This document shows, piece by piece, positions 20,322 through 30,986 of a DNA stretch of 64,000 nucleotides (position 1 is its first letter; each line of letters starts with the position of its first letter). A program made the translations under genes and the position numbers. The stretch comes from Nitrospinaceae bacterium (GTDB lineage: Bacteria; Nitrospinota; Nitrospinia; Nitrospinales; Nitrospinaceae). The stretch covers positions 2,656,001-2,720,000 of the forward strand of contig OZ245011.1 of NCBI GenBank assembly GCA_965223665.1, in the 5' to 3' direction. Under the pieces are notes generated by a model, which saw only the letters and a list, made by a program, of their open reading frames with translations, made no database searches and was not told the DNA's origin.

Positions 20322-20390
20322 GCGAAAAAAGAGAATTAAGCGAAAAAAGTCCTTGAATCAAAGTTAATTCGCATTTTTCGCTTTTTTCGC
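20322..20390. repeat. Converging 9-bp iterons, candidate element origin
   Basis: GCGAAAAAA-type units at 20322, 20331 (degenerate), 20340; inverted units ending 20372, 20381, 20390. Confidence 0.55.
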
Positions 20391-21758
20391 ATCCCCTTTT
20401 TGTAAAAACCACCGTTCTACAGGTCGGCCACCACTACTCTCGACTTTGTAAAACGCAACTCCTTTTTCAAACAAAGCTTCCAGGGCGCGACCGATTTGTT
20501 GCGAATCCTTATGTCTTTTAAACAAAGCACTGATTTGGGTACGCGTCATTCCATTCGGGTAGATGTCCAAGGCCCTTTTTATTTCATCGGCAACCGGGTC
20601 ACCGAGCGATTTCCCAAACACAAACCCCGCGGAAGCCTCGCAATATTCCCAAATCGCTAAAGCGGCGAGCAAATGCTCTTCTTTTATTTTTGAGGAACAA
20701 TCCAACAGAGCATAGATCATTGCCAATCGCATCACCTGGGCTTCCGCTCTTGCAATGGCCGCACCCAAAAGACCCGGTTTTCCTTCACTCAGTTCAGGAT
20801 AAACTTGTGCCCAGGTCCTGCGTGCGAAATCATCTCGCTTGAGTTCCCCCATCACTCGTGCTTCGTTCAAAGTCTCTCTTAGTCTAGTGATCAAAGGATT
20901 TAAATCGACTTCGTGCAACCGTCCCCCTTCAGGTAGAACTTTGGATCGCTTGACACACACCAATAAAAACCGATTCACGAATCCGTTACAAAGCTCTGTA
21001 GCTGTTATCTGACGAAACAATTCATCCTTGGTGATATGCCCCACAACGGAAATATGAGGTTCGCTGGCTCGAGCCTGACTGTTTTTGGTCAAGGTCCGCA
21101 AATCACGTCCATCCCATGCGTTTCTTACAATAGGGGATAACGTATTACCCTCACGATTCAAAACTTTCAAAGGCGAGGCAAACTCTGATTCCAGTATCAA
21201 AGCCCGTTTGTCTTCAATACCCGGGTCAATTATTTCATCTTCATAACCAACGATTCTCTTTTTTTCTCGAATCGCCACTTTCTTCTTAATTTCATCACGA
21301 ATCAACCAGATCAATCCTTCTCCACTGGAGAGACCGGAATGAATGCATTGCTTGGACCAAGGGTCATCGACCACAGAAAACAAACTCTCAATTTGTCCCC
21401 AACTGGTACCTTTGCGTCCTTTTGCCGAGGCTCCCACCATAACAGTGAACAGGTTTGGATAATGCTTGTCGGCTTCCGCTTTAAAATAAGCTCCACGACC
21501 GACACAATTTCCAAACGCAGTCAGCAGTTGAAGCAACAAGGAAGCGGGGTCAGCTTCCGTATGCGGCTCCAGGGTTTTAACAATATCTCCGGCCAATCCG
21601 TAATAAGCCATGTCCTCGAGAGGAGACGGCCAATCAATCCTCAAACCGTTTTCACTCTGACCTCCCGATTCAGGAGTAAAGGATTGGGCAGAGTTTTGAA
21701 AAGGGTTATCAGGTGAAATGGTGTCTGAAACTGCTGGGCCAATATTATTTTCAGCCAT
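20364..21758 (-). CDS. DUF3987/YfjI-like replication protein (helicase-like)
   Basis: TEADPA, PNLFTVMVGASAKGRKGTS, GLSSGEGL, ESEF, RNAWDG, NGFVNRFL; start MAENN after GGAGG. Confidence 0.75.
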   Translation of the reverse strand: MAENNIGPAVSDTISPDNPFQNSAQSFTPESGGQSENGLRIDWPSPLEDMAYYGLAGDIVKTLEPHTEADPASLLLQLLTAFGNCVGRGAYFKAEADKHYPNLFTVMVGASAKGRKGTSWGQIESLFSVVDDPWSKQCIHSGLSSGEGLIWLIRDEIKKKVAIREKKRIVGYEDEIIDPGIEDKRALILESEFASPLKVLNREGNTLSPIVRNAWDGRDLRTLTKNSQARASEPHISVVGHITKDELFRQITATELCNGFVNRFLLVCVKRSKVLPEGGRLHEVDLNPLITRLRETLNEARVMGELKRDDFARRTWAQVYPELSEGKPGLLGAAIARAEAQVMRLAMIYALLDCSSKIKEEHLLAALAIWEYCEASAGFVFGKSLGDPVADEIKRALDIYPNGMTRTQISALFKRHKDSQQIGRALEALFEKGVAFYKVESSGGRPVERWFLQKGDAKKAKNAN

Positions 21759-22773
21759 AAACCACCTCCGTTTGACGAAGAACATCTAACCAATCCACCG
21801 AGTTTTTATCATTAGGAATATCCATAGGAGGCACACAGATTTTGATACGCGTTTTCTCCTCTTCCCAAAGCCGGTTTCCAAGGATTTGTGCTGCCCGCTC
21901 CCCTCTTCCATTCCTGTCTTTATCGCAGGCGATCCAGATTTCGTTTGCGTTAGAAGGAACAACCACTTTTTCAAGACCGGTTGCAGTCAGACAAGCCCAG
22001 ACTGGGAAATCGGACAACTCATGAATGGCGATTGCCGTTTCAACTCCCTCGGTTAGGACCAAAGGATGGTCTGCGCGCACCTCATAAAGTTTGACAGCCC
22101 CTCCGTTGATCGACTGAGCGCATCGATATGTTTTCTTGGGACTCTCAACAGGCGCTTTGCCCAAACCATCCGGGTCCAACCAAATGCGATGAATGCCAAC
22201 CAGCTCATCCTTAAAAGTGATCGGTGCCACAATAGCGGGATAAGCTCGCATAAACTTTTTTCCTGAAAAATAGGAAAGGCTGGAACAAAAACGTAAACAG
22301 TTCGGAACCACACCACTCAATCCGCGATATTCTAAATATTCAGATATGCGGCCCGGATCAGAGGAGGTTTGTTTAAGAATGGTTTTTACTTTTTCACTTC
22401 TCTTTTTAATTTCGTAACCTTTATTGAATGAAATTCTGGTCAACGGTTTGGAATGACAGGAAGGAGAGCCATCCTGATCCAATCCAAGATAACGGGCAAC
22501 TGCCTCCAACGTTTCAACAAAGTTCCAACCCTTCACCCACATCAACAAGCTGATTCCGTCATGGAAGGGTCCGTTTAGGTTGCAAACCCCTCCACCCTTC
22601 TCATTGGCATCAGGAAACAATCGAAACCCGTCTTTCTCGCCATGACATAAACAGCGAACATGTCGCCCTGGCTTTTGACAAGCATCATCCAATTCAGGTG
22701 CCAACGCGCAAAATATGCTCAGCCAGTTTCCCGAAGCGCACTCTTTCAGGTCATCAATATTGATTTTATTCAT
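21751..22773 (-). CDS. Primase with P4-alpha-type Zn-binding and Toprim domains
   Basis: RHVRCLCHGEKDGFR, YLEYRGL, GIHRIWL, LTEGVETA, IACDKD..GRG. Confidence 0.82.
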   Translation of the reverse strand: MNKINIDDLKECASGNWLSIFCALAPELDDACQKPGRHVRCLCHGEKDGFRLFPDANEKGGGVCNLNGPFHDGISLLMWVKGWNFVETLEAVARYLGLDQDGSPSCHSKPLTRISFNKGYEIKKRSEKVKTILKQTSSDPGRISEYLEYRGLSGVVPNCLRFCSSLSYFSGKKFMRAYPAIVAPITFKDELVGIHRIWLDPDGLGKAPVESPKKTYRCAQSINGGAVKLYEVRADHPLVLTEGVETAIAIHELSDFPVWACLTATGLEKVVVPSNANEIWIACDKDRNGRGERAAQILGNRLWEEEKTRIKICVPPMDIPNDKNSVDWLDVLRQTEVVYG

Positions 22774-22888
22774 TTTTATTCTCCTTCCGCTTGGATACCC
22801 AAAGAGCAAACCAAATGGGCAGCCATCCCCAAACCGCTAAAGTCCGGATGATTTCTTTCAACCATTGAAATAGTTTTGAGCAGTTCAT
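22766..22888 (-). CDS. 40-aa Trp-rich small protein between alpA and primase
   Basis: MNCSKLFQWLKEIIRTLAVWGWLPIWFALWVSKRKENKNE*; ATGA overlap with alpA stop, GGAGG RBS, overlaps primase start. Confidence 0.65.
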   Translation of the reverse strand: MNCSKLFQWLKEIIRTLAVWGWLPIWFALWVSKRKENKNE

Positions 22889-23103
22889 CTGTTCTGCCCT
22901 CCATCCTCATTCAGTTCCTTACGGCTCGCTTCAATTTTTTTGGCTATCCATTCATCAATTTCTGATTCGATCCATCCAACCGCACGATCTCCAAGAGATA
23001 CAGGAGGCGGAAAAAATCCTTGAGACACTTTTTGATAAATTGAGCTACGGGAAAGTCCTGTGCGGTGTTTGACTTTTGGAAGTCTTAAAATTCGATTTTG
23101 CAT
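22885..23103 (-). CDS. alpA: AlpA family regulator/excisionase
   Basis: RILRLPKVKHRTGLSRSSIY....G.FPPPVSLGDRAVGWIESEIDEWI. Confidence 0.93.
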   Translation of the reverse strand: MQNRILRLPKVKHRTGLSRSSIYQKVSQGFFPPPVSLGDRAVGWIESEIDEWIAKKIEASRKELNEDGGQNR

Positions 23104-23340
23104 TATTAGTCTCCATTAGGATTTATTAAACATAATGGAACCAATTTAGTTGTGCGATTTGGGCGAAGGAAGCCCCCCGAAGCGAAAGTGGAGATTTCTG
23201 AAACCCTTATCAATACAGGGTCAAAAAATTAATTTTGGGAAAGTTTCTGTTGGAGAAGAAAAGTAGAAAATTGTTAAAACTTTTAATAATAAAGGTTTGC
23301 GGTAACTTGAATTGGGCGTAAATTTTCCGCCCAACTTTTT

Positions 23341-24120
23341 TTATTTTTTCATGTTTTTTCGAATGGTTTCCGAGCTATAGCCTTGTCCGATAGGCATCCT
23401 GGAAATCTGAATAGCGCACCAATTATCCGATTGCCCTGGATTCTTTCTCTTGATTTTTCGATATTCAGTTCCCCAACCGGAATGTCTTGTCTTTGTATCC
23501 TGTTTCCGAGCTTCACGTTTAATGACTGATGGTTGATACTGATTGGAAGGGGGTGAATAATCTACAAACTTTAAAATTTTCTTAAGATTGACTTGAATTA
23601 AGTTTTTTTTAACAGTAAATAATTCAATCAATGGACTAGAAGCGTTAGACGCTTTCAAAGAAACCGGAGCTTGACAATCCAATTGGAGAAGACCAGACTT
23701 TGTCTTTCCTTGGTAGTTTCCTAAATGAATCGTTCCGGATTTTTTATCTTTTTTGGGTTTCCCTTTGATTCCCAGTGAACGGTTAACCCATCGCGCCACT
23801 TGATCTTGGGTGAGTTTCCATTGTTGCAGCATCTCCTGAGGAATAGGGATGCGTCCCATATCATCCCGGTAATCACAGGCCACATAAATTCGTGTAGGTT
23901 GACCATTTTTTGTTTGAGCATGCACTGGCATGAAACAGTTTTCTTCACATCCTGGGCAAACTACTGACTTAGCAAATAATGCTGGTTTAATCCATCCCTC
24001 ATTCTGAAACAGTTCAATGGCACCCTCTGGCCACCGTTGGACCTGGTCCCAGGAAATTGTTTTGTCTCCACTCTGTTCTAATCTTAAAATCAAATCTTCC
24101 AAAACATCTTCAAGAGTCAT
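23341..24120 (-). CDS. Island hypothetical protein (CPGCEENC motif, C-terminal HTH-like)
   Basis: 259-aa ORF with ATGA overlap to upstream gene. Confidence 0.7.
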   Translation of the reverse strand: MTLEDVLEDLILRLEQSGDKTISWDQVQRWPEGAIELFQNEGWIKPALFAKSVVCPGCEENCFMPVHAQTKNGQPTRIYVACDYRDDMGRIPIPQEMLQQWKLTQDQVARWVNRSLGIKGKPKKDKKSGTIHLGNYQGKTKSGLLQLDCQAPVSLKASNASSPLIELFTVKKNLIQVNLKKILKFVDYSPPSNQYQPSVIKREARKQDTKTRHSGWGTEYRKIKRKNPGQSDNWCAIQISRMPIGQGYSSETIRKNMKK

Positions 24121-25307
24121 GCAGCATTCTCATCATTTTGTTCTTCTTTTTTTATGGGTTCAATTCCAGAGTCGATCAACATTTTTCGTATAATCAAATC
24201 CCGACCATCATGACGTAAGGCACACCAATTGGGATAACTGATCTTGAACCTTCGAGTATGACTTCTTGTTTCGGGGTTATGGACAAAATTAACTTTGATC
24301 TCTGCTTGAGACACATGAAAAGGAGGCAAATGGAGTTGGTCTATTAAATCAAAAATCGCATTTCTGTCATAGCTTGGATCAGCTTCCACAGTGACTCGCT
24401 TTTTATTTCCAGTTTTCAGACTCAATCGAAGCTGAGTGATCATCACTTCATCAATTCCGGAATCTATAGAATATTTAAAAGAAAAGTTCCTGTCCACTAA
24501 GTCGTCCAAATCATAAACAAGTTGATTCGCACCAAATTCATCGAGTTCATCCATTCCCAAAATAGATTTGGCAAATATCTGTTGTAATACGGGAACCGAC
24601 TTGGTGTTTCTGGGAGCATAAATATCTAAAGAACCTTCCACCTGTGTATAGACGAAAATGATTTCAAAGGCAGGATGACGTGCTTGAGGGGATAATGAAT
24701 TACGCACCCACTCAATACTGGACTGCGCAAAATCTTCCGGGTAGGCAAAAAAATATTCCTTTTCATGCCGACGAAAAACATCCACCATACAGTTGCGACC
24801 TCTTCCCTCTTTTTTATAAAAATGATCACTAATGGCCTGCGATAATTTTTCAATGTCCCCTTCTTCCACCTTTGGTGGCAGGTCCGGTAAATCATTTCGC
24901 TTCTTCCATTTCGAAACCGAAATACTATCCGAATGTAAAAATCCCCTACCCCCGGACCAATATCGGGGATGCTCCAGATAGGTCCACATCACTTTTCCAT
25001 GGAACCCCTCAATTTTTGCTATTTCTTTCAAAAACTCGGAATCTTGGTGAAAGTCAGCTTCATCCGATAGCGCGGTCACTCCCCCTTGACAGGCCATGGT
25101 ATCAATATCCTGAAACTCCGCTTCCATTTTCGTCTGTTTCTCCGGAGGCAAGGCAATAAAGGCCTCAAAGATTGGGTCTATCGTAGTTTCGTTCAACTCT
25201 TCAAAGTCGATGTCTTCCAAAACATTTTGCTTAACTTGAAAATATTGAGCGAGGAAACGATTGGGAACTTGCCGAAAAAACTGTTTATGTGAATATTGAC
25301 GAGCCAT
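24117..25307 (-). CDS. Island hypothetical protein
   Basis: ~396 aa from MARQYSHKQFFRQVPN; divergent from cas3. Confidence 0.7.
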   Translation of the reverse strand: MARQYSHKQFFRQVPNRFLAQYFQVKQNVLEDIDFEELNETTIDPIFEAFIALPPEKQTKMEAEFQDIDTMACQGGVTALSDEADFHQDSEFLKEIAKIEGFHGKVMWTYLEHPRYWSGGRGFLHSDSISVSKWKKRNDLPDLPPKVEEGDIEKLSQAISDHFYKKEGRGRNCMVDVFRRHEKEYFFAYPEDFAQSSIEWVRNSLSPQARHPAFEIIFVYTQVEGSLDIYAPRNTKSVPVLQQIFAKSILGMDELDEFGANQLVYDLDDLVDRNFSFKYSIDSGIDEVMITQLRLSLKTGNKKRVTVEADPSYDRNAIFDLIDQLHLPPFHVSQAEIKVNFVHNPETRSHTRRFKISYPNWCALRHDGRDLIIRKMLIDSGIEPIKKEEQNDENAA

Positions 25308-25446
25308 TTGTGCATTCCTTATGAGGAATTTTTCATGTAGTATACCCTTATCCATTAGAATTTCGCAAAAAACTAAAAAAGTTCCATTTACTTTTTTGGA
25401 AATCTCTTCACAAATTAATTTTCATATTTAATGTAGGTGAAAAATT

Positions 25447-27681
25447 ATGGAGAAATTTTTGAGTGAAAACCTGAAGAAGAACACAATTCTTGCCCACGTC
25501 TTAAAAGACTCTTCAGAAAAATGGATTGAACATGATTTACTAGAGCATTTAGTTTGTGTTGGAAAACTTGCCAAAAAATTTGCCGATAAATTTAATAATG
25601 GCGATTGGGCTTATTTAGCTGGACTTTGGCATGATTTAGGCAAATACAATCCCAAATTTCAAAGTTATATCAAAATCAAAAGCGGATACGATCCAGATGC
25701 ACATCTTGAAACTAATCCTGGCAAAGTCAACCATTCGAGTGCGGGTGCCTTGCACGCGATAGAAAAATTTGGGAAAAAAGGGAGAATTCTTGCCTACCTC
25801 ATTGCTGGGCACCATGCCGGGTTAGCTGATTGGTATTCAAAAAATCAAGGAATTGGATCGCTATCAAGTCGGTTGAATGAAAAGAAACATTTAATAGAAA
25901 CTCTTTCAGTCACTCCCCCTTCAAAAATCTTAAATCAGGAATTTCCCACCTCTAAACCTAATACATCATCCAGACATATCCATTTGTGGATTCGTCTGCT
26001 GTTCTCATGTTTAGTAGATGCCGATTTTTTGGACACCGAGCAGTTTATGGATTTGGAAAAATCAAAACTTCGCTCCAATTTCCCCCATCTTTCCCTGCTA
26101 TTAAATCAATTCAACCAATATATGCAAAAAACCTTTTCTAAGGCATTATCCAGCCCTGTCAATAAAATACGATCAAACATTCTTAAACAATGCAAAGAAA
26201 AAGCATTAAATCCTTCGGGAATTTATTCTCTTAACGTTCCTACGGGTGGAGGAAAAACTTTATCTAGCCTAGCCTTTGCATTAGAGCATGCCATTCATTT
26301 AAAAAAAGATCGAGTTATTTATGTAATTCCTTATACAAGCATTCTGGAACAAACTGCAGATATATTTCGTAACATTTTTTCTGAAGGTGTAGTTGAACAC
26401 CATAGCAATCTCGATTCAGAAAAAGAATCTCCCAAAAGTCGATTAGCCTGTGAAAATTGGGATGCTTCTATCATCGTAACCACTAATGTACAATTTTTTG
26501 AATCTTTATTTGCAACTCGAACCAGTCGCTGCCGCAAACTCCATAACATTATTAACAGTGTTGTCGTTCTGGATGAAGCTCAATTGTTTCCCACGGAATT
26601 TTTAGACCCCATCCTTTCAGTTATTAGTGAACTTTTCAATAATTACAAAGTTAGTTTCCTCATTTCTACAGCCACACAGCCCGTTTTTAAGGAACAAATA
26701 ACTTTCGATTATCATTTTAAGGGTTTACCACGGATAGAGGAAATCATTGAAGATCCAATCAAACTCCATGAATCTCTTAAGCGGGTACAAGTAAACCATT
26801 TTAATAATTTACAAGCACTGCAGAATTGGGAAGTCCTTGCCAAACCATTGAAACAACATGAAAAAGTTTTATGTATTGTCAATACCCGGCGAGACTGTCG
26901 TACTCTTTTTCGTTTAATGCCAGAGGGAACCTATCATCTTTCCGCTCTCATGTGCGGGGAACATCGCTCAAAAATAATTTCTGAAATAAAAGAAAAACTC
27001 ACCCAAAATTATCCCATCCGAGTTATCAGCACACAACTCGTGGAAGCGGGTGTGGATTTTGATTTTCCCGTGGTTTATAGAGCGCTGGCAGGCTTAGACT
27101 CCATAGCCCAGGCCGCCGGTCGTTGCAACCGGGAAGGGTTATTACCGTATGGAACGCTTATGGTTTTTGTTCCCCCAGGAAATAAACCCCCGACCTTTTT
27201 GAAAAAGCAAGTTTCCACTGCTTTACAAATCATTAACTCCAATACCGGCGAACTTTTATCTCCCCAAAACTACGCACAATACTTCGAGCACATTTATTGG
27301 AAAGCACCTAATTTGGATGCAAAAGGGATTTTGCAAGAATTAAAACCCGGTCAAGACGGAGAAGTTCAATTTCGAACCGCCGCACAAAAATTCAAACTCA
27401 TCGAAGACGATTTTCAAAAGCCCATTATTGTTATCTATCGCAATGAGGATTTAATAAATCAATTACGAGAAAAAGGACCAGAACGAAAACTTTTGCGTTC
27501 ATTACAGCGTTACGTAGTTAACATTCAAAAAATTGCCCACGACCTTTTATTAAACAAAGGAGATATTGAAGAACTGCATCCAGGAATTTTTGTCCAAATC
27601 AATCCTGGTTCTTATGACCAACAATTTGGTTTTGTTGGAGACATACCCGAGGCTCATGATCCAAATGATTATATGTTTTGA
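25447..27681 (+). CDS. cas3: CRISPR-associated helicase/HD nuclease Cas3
   Basis: HDLGK, GHHAGL, LVDADFLDT, VPTGGGKT, DEAQ, STQLVEAGVD, QAAGRCNREG. Confidence 0.97.
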   Translation: MEKFLSENLKKNTILAHVLKDSSEKWIEHDLLEHLVCVGKLAKKFADKFNNGDWAYLAGLWHDLGKYNPKFQSYIKIKSGYDPDAHLETNPGKVNHSSAGALHAIEKFGKKGRILAYLIAGHHAGLADWYSKNQGIGSLSSRLNEKKHLIETLSVTPPSKILNQEFPTSKPNTSSRHIHLWIRLLFSCLVDADFLDTEQFMDLEKSKLRSNFPHLSLLLNQFNQYMQKTFSKALSSPVNKIRSNILKQCKEKALNPSGIYSLNVPTGGGKTLSSLAFALEHAIHLKKDRVIYVIPYTSILEQTADIFRNIFSEGVVEHHSNLDSEKESPKSRLACENWDASIIVTTNVQFFESLFATRTSRCRKLHNIINSVVVLDEAQLFPTEFLDPILSVISELFNNYKVSFLISTATQPVFKEQITFDYHFKGLPRIEEIIEDPIKLHESLKRVQVNHFNNLQALQNWEVLAKPLKQHEKVLCIVNTRRDCRTLFRLMPEGTYHLSALMCGEHRSKIISEIKEKLTQNYPIRVISTQLVEAGVDFDFPVVYRALAGLDSIAQAAGRCNREGLLPYGTLMVFVPPGNKPPTFLKKQVSTALQIINSNTGELLSPQNYAQYFEHIYWKAPNLDAKGILQELKPGQDGEVQFRTAAQKFKLIEDDFQKPIIVIYRNEDLINQLREKGPERKLLRSLQRYVVNIQKIAHDLLLNKGDIEELHPGIFVQINPGSYDQQFGFVGDIPEAHDPNDYMF

Positions 27682-27721
27682 TGAGCCTTAACATAGAAAT
27701 CATTCTCAATAAGGAGGGACA

Positions 27722-28378
27722 ATGAGTACTTTTTGTCTTAAAGTGTGGGGCGATTACGCGTGCTTCACCCGCCCTGAAATGAAAGTAGAGCGAGTCTCTT
27801 ATGATGTAATGACACCCTCGGCAGCAAGAGGAATACTGGAAGCCATACTTTGGAAACCGGCCATTCACTGGGTGGTCACCCGAATTGATGTCCTCAAGCC
27901 CATCCAGTGGTTTTCCATCAGGCGAAATGAGGTGGCTTCTGTCATCAGCAAAAGAAACGTTTCACAGGCAATGAAATCCGGCAAAAAAGATTTAGCGATT
28001 TATGTAGATGAAGATCGCCAACAAAGGGCCAGCACACTTCTGCGTGATGTTGCCTATTTGATTCACGCTCGATTTGACCTGATAAACCCAGGCCCAGAAG
28101 ATACGGAAGGAAAATTCTTGGGCATGTTTGAGCGCCGCGCATCCAAAGGGCAAAGTTTTCACCGGCCCTACCTGGGAACTCGTGAATTTGCCGCCCAGTT
28201 TGAATTGATTCCCAAAGACAACCCCTTGCCAAAACCCATCGACAAAACGGAAGAACTGGGTTGGGTGCTTTACGATTTGGATTATGAAGATCATTACCGG
28301 CCTCGATTCTTTAAAGCCCGGTTGGAACAGGGAAGAATGACAATCCCTGCCTGGAACAGTGAGGAGGTGCGCGGATGA
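27722..28378 (+). CDS. cas5c: Type I-C Cas5c (Cas5d)
   Basis: VWGDYACFTRPEMKVERVSYDVMTPSAARGILEAILWKP, PYLGTREF. Confidence 0.97.
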   Translation: MSTFCLKVWGDYACFTRPEMKVERVSYDVMTPSAARGILEAILWKPAIHWVVTRIDVLKPIQWFSIRRNEVASVISKRNVSQAMKSGKKDLAIYVDEDRQQRASTLLRDVAYLIHARFDLINPGPEDTEGKFLGMFERRASKGQSFHRPYLGTREFAAQFELIPKDNPLPKPIDKTEELGWVLYDLDYEDHYRPRFFKARLEQGRMTIPAWNSEEVRG

Positions 28379-30122
28379 TTTTACAAGCTTTGAACGAATA
28401 CTATGAAAGAAAATCAAAGCTGCAAGATTCCGGCTTGCCTCCTCTCGGTTTCGAATGGAAAGAACTTCCCTTTCTTATCGTAATTGGTGAAAAGGGACAA
28501 TTTATAGATATTGAAGACACTCGAGAAAAAGAAGAAAAGAAAAACAAGACTAAATCTTTTTTAGTACCACAGAGTGTTAAAAAATCAGTCAATATAGCAG
28601 CAAATTATTTTTGGGGAGCGATTGGTTACGCTTTGGGCAAAGACAATAAAAGCAAACCAAAGCGTTTGCTTGAGATGCACCAAGCTTTTTTGGATCTCAT
28701 ACAGTCCAGTTTTCCAAATCCTCAGGAAGAGAAAGGAGTGAATGCGCTTTGGTTATTTCTGAATTCATCCAATAAAACAGAAACCTTTAAACATCCCTTA
28801 TGGAAGGAAATGCTTGAGATCAGCCCCTTCATTTCTTTTCGCCTCCAATCAGAGAATTTGTTGATTTGCCAGAGAGAAAAAGTTCGCGAAGCTTGGCAGA
28901 ATAAGAACCAAGCAGAACTTGCAAAAAAACAACTTTGTCTCGTAACAGGAAATTACGGTGAAATCGAACGCATTCATCCCTCCATAAAAGGTGTAAGAGG
29001 CGCCCAGTCTTCAGGCGCAGACATTGTTTCTTATAACAAACCTGCCTTTACTTCATTTAACAAAGAGCAAGGAGACAATGCCCCTATTAGCCAATTAGCT
29101 GCTTTTTGCTACACCACTTCTTTGAATTATCTTTTAAGAAAAAATTCTCCACAAAAATTGCCAAATTGGAGATGCGACTACTGTTTTTTTGGGCGGATAA
29201 AGAACATCGAACAGAAACTCTATTAAGTGAATTGTTTGAGGAGTCACCTGATGATCCCGACCGAAATGCTCGAGCAGTCGAAAGTCTTTATAGTTCTCCA
29301 CATACTGGTGCACTACCCCTTGAAGAAGATAATACCAAATTTTATGTTCTCGGTTTATCGCCCAATGCCGCACGTCTCTCAGTTCGTTTCTGGCACGTCA
29401 CCACTGTTGCTGACTTGGCCAAAAACATCAAACAACATTTCGAGGATATTTCCATTATTCACTCTCCACAGGAAAAAAAAGTTCTTTCTTTATTCCGGCT
29501 TTTAGTGAATACGGCCGCATTAGGTAAATCCGAAAACATCATTCCCAACCTTTCAGGTGAAACCATGCGCAGTATATTGCAAGGTACCCCTTACCCAAGA
29601 ACTCTACTGCAACAGGGTATTAATAAGATGTCGTGCCGAGCAATCTTCCAGCGAGAAAAATGTAAATTATCCTCGAGCGGCTTTAATCAAGGGCTGCTTA
29701 AACCGAATCATTAGAAATTTTTCAACCGCAAGAAAAGGAGATCACCGTGTCATTGGATACCAGCAATCACAACACAGGTTATTTGTTGGGCCGCTTATTC
29801 GCTGCTCTGGAAAAAATCCAGGAAGAAACCCATCCTGGAATCAACGCCACCATTCGAGATCGATACTATGGTGCAGCCTCTGTAAGACCAAGTATGGTTT
29901 TTTCTTCTCTCTTAAAACTTAAAAATCATCATGTCTCCAAATTGGAACACCAAGGACGTAAAGTGTTTTTTGAAAAGCTTTGTGGGGAAATTATTGATGG
30001 AATTAAAAATAATTTTCCATCCGTTCTCAATTTTGGAAGATCAAGGCCGTTTTGCCATTGGCTATTACCACCAACGTCAAGAATTTTTCAAAAAACACGA
30101 AACAGAAGAAAAAGGAGAATAA
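28375..30122 (+). pseudogene. cas8c: Type I-C Cas8c (Csd1), split by five apparent +1 frameshifts
   Basis: [55 protein letters not shown] lie in successive frames; possibly assembly error. Confidence 0.9.
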
Positions 30123-30124
30123 TT

Positions 30125-30986
30125 ATGAGCATCGAAAATCGATATGACTTTGTTTTGTTATTTGATATCAAAGATGGCAACCCCAATGGCGACCCTGATG
30201 CTGGAAATCTGCCGCGCCTGGACCCGGAAACAGGCCACGGCCTTGTGACTGATGTCTGCCTCAAAAGGAAAGTGAGAAACTATGTCCAAATGCTTAAAGA
30301 ACAGCAAACTGGTTTTAATATATTTATAAAAGAAAAAGCTGTTTTGAACCAATTAATTGATAGTGCTCACGAACAACCAGAAGTTAAGATAAAAGAAAAA
30401 GGAGATAAAACCGAGGCGGCTCGTAAGTATATGTGTGAACAATTCTATGACGTTCGGACTTTTGGAGCCGTAATGTCCACCGAAAAAATGCTGGTCAAGT
30501 TCGCGGGCCGATCCAGCTTTGCTTCGGCAGAAGTTTAAACCCAATTTTTCCCTATGGAACACTCCATCACCCGCATGGCAGTAGCGACTGAAAAAGAAGC
30601 AGAAAAGCAACAGGGTGATAACCGCACCATGGGAAGAAAGAATACTATCCCTTATGGACCTGTATCGAACCCATGGGTTCGTATCCGTTCCATTTGCCAC
30701 CCAAACCGGCTTTTCCGAAGATGATCTTTCCTTATTTTTTGAAGCTTTAAAAAACATGTTTGATCATGATCGGTCTGCTTCCAGAGGAGAAATGGCAAGC
30801 CGACGACTTATCATATTCAAACATAACGACAAATATGGCAATGCACACGCTCATGAATTGTTTGACCGGGTTCAGGTTGAGCTAAAAGATAAATCCAAAC
30901 CTCCACGCAATTTTGATGATTATGAAGTAACACTCGATGAATCCAATCTTAATGGAGTTTCGATTGATAAAGAAAGAAGCTTTTAA
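30125..30986 (+). pseudogene. cas7c: Type I-C Cas7 (Csd2), three apparent indels
   Basis: [67 protein letters not shown] across frames. Confidence 0.9.

Noticed and set aside
29747-30538. Apparent Cas8c-Cas7 fusion ORF
   Set aside because: Created by the +1 T near 30031; cas8c stops at 30122 and cas7 has its own AAGGAG RBS and ATG at 30125
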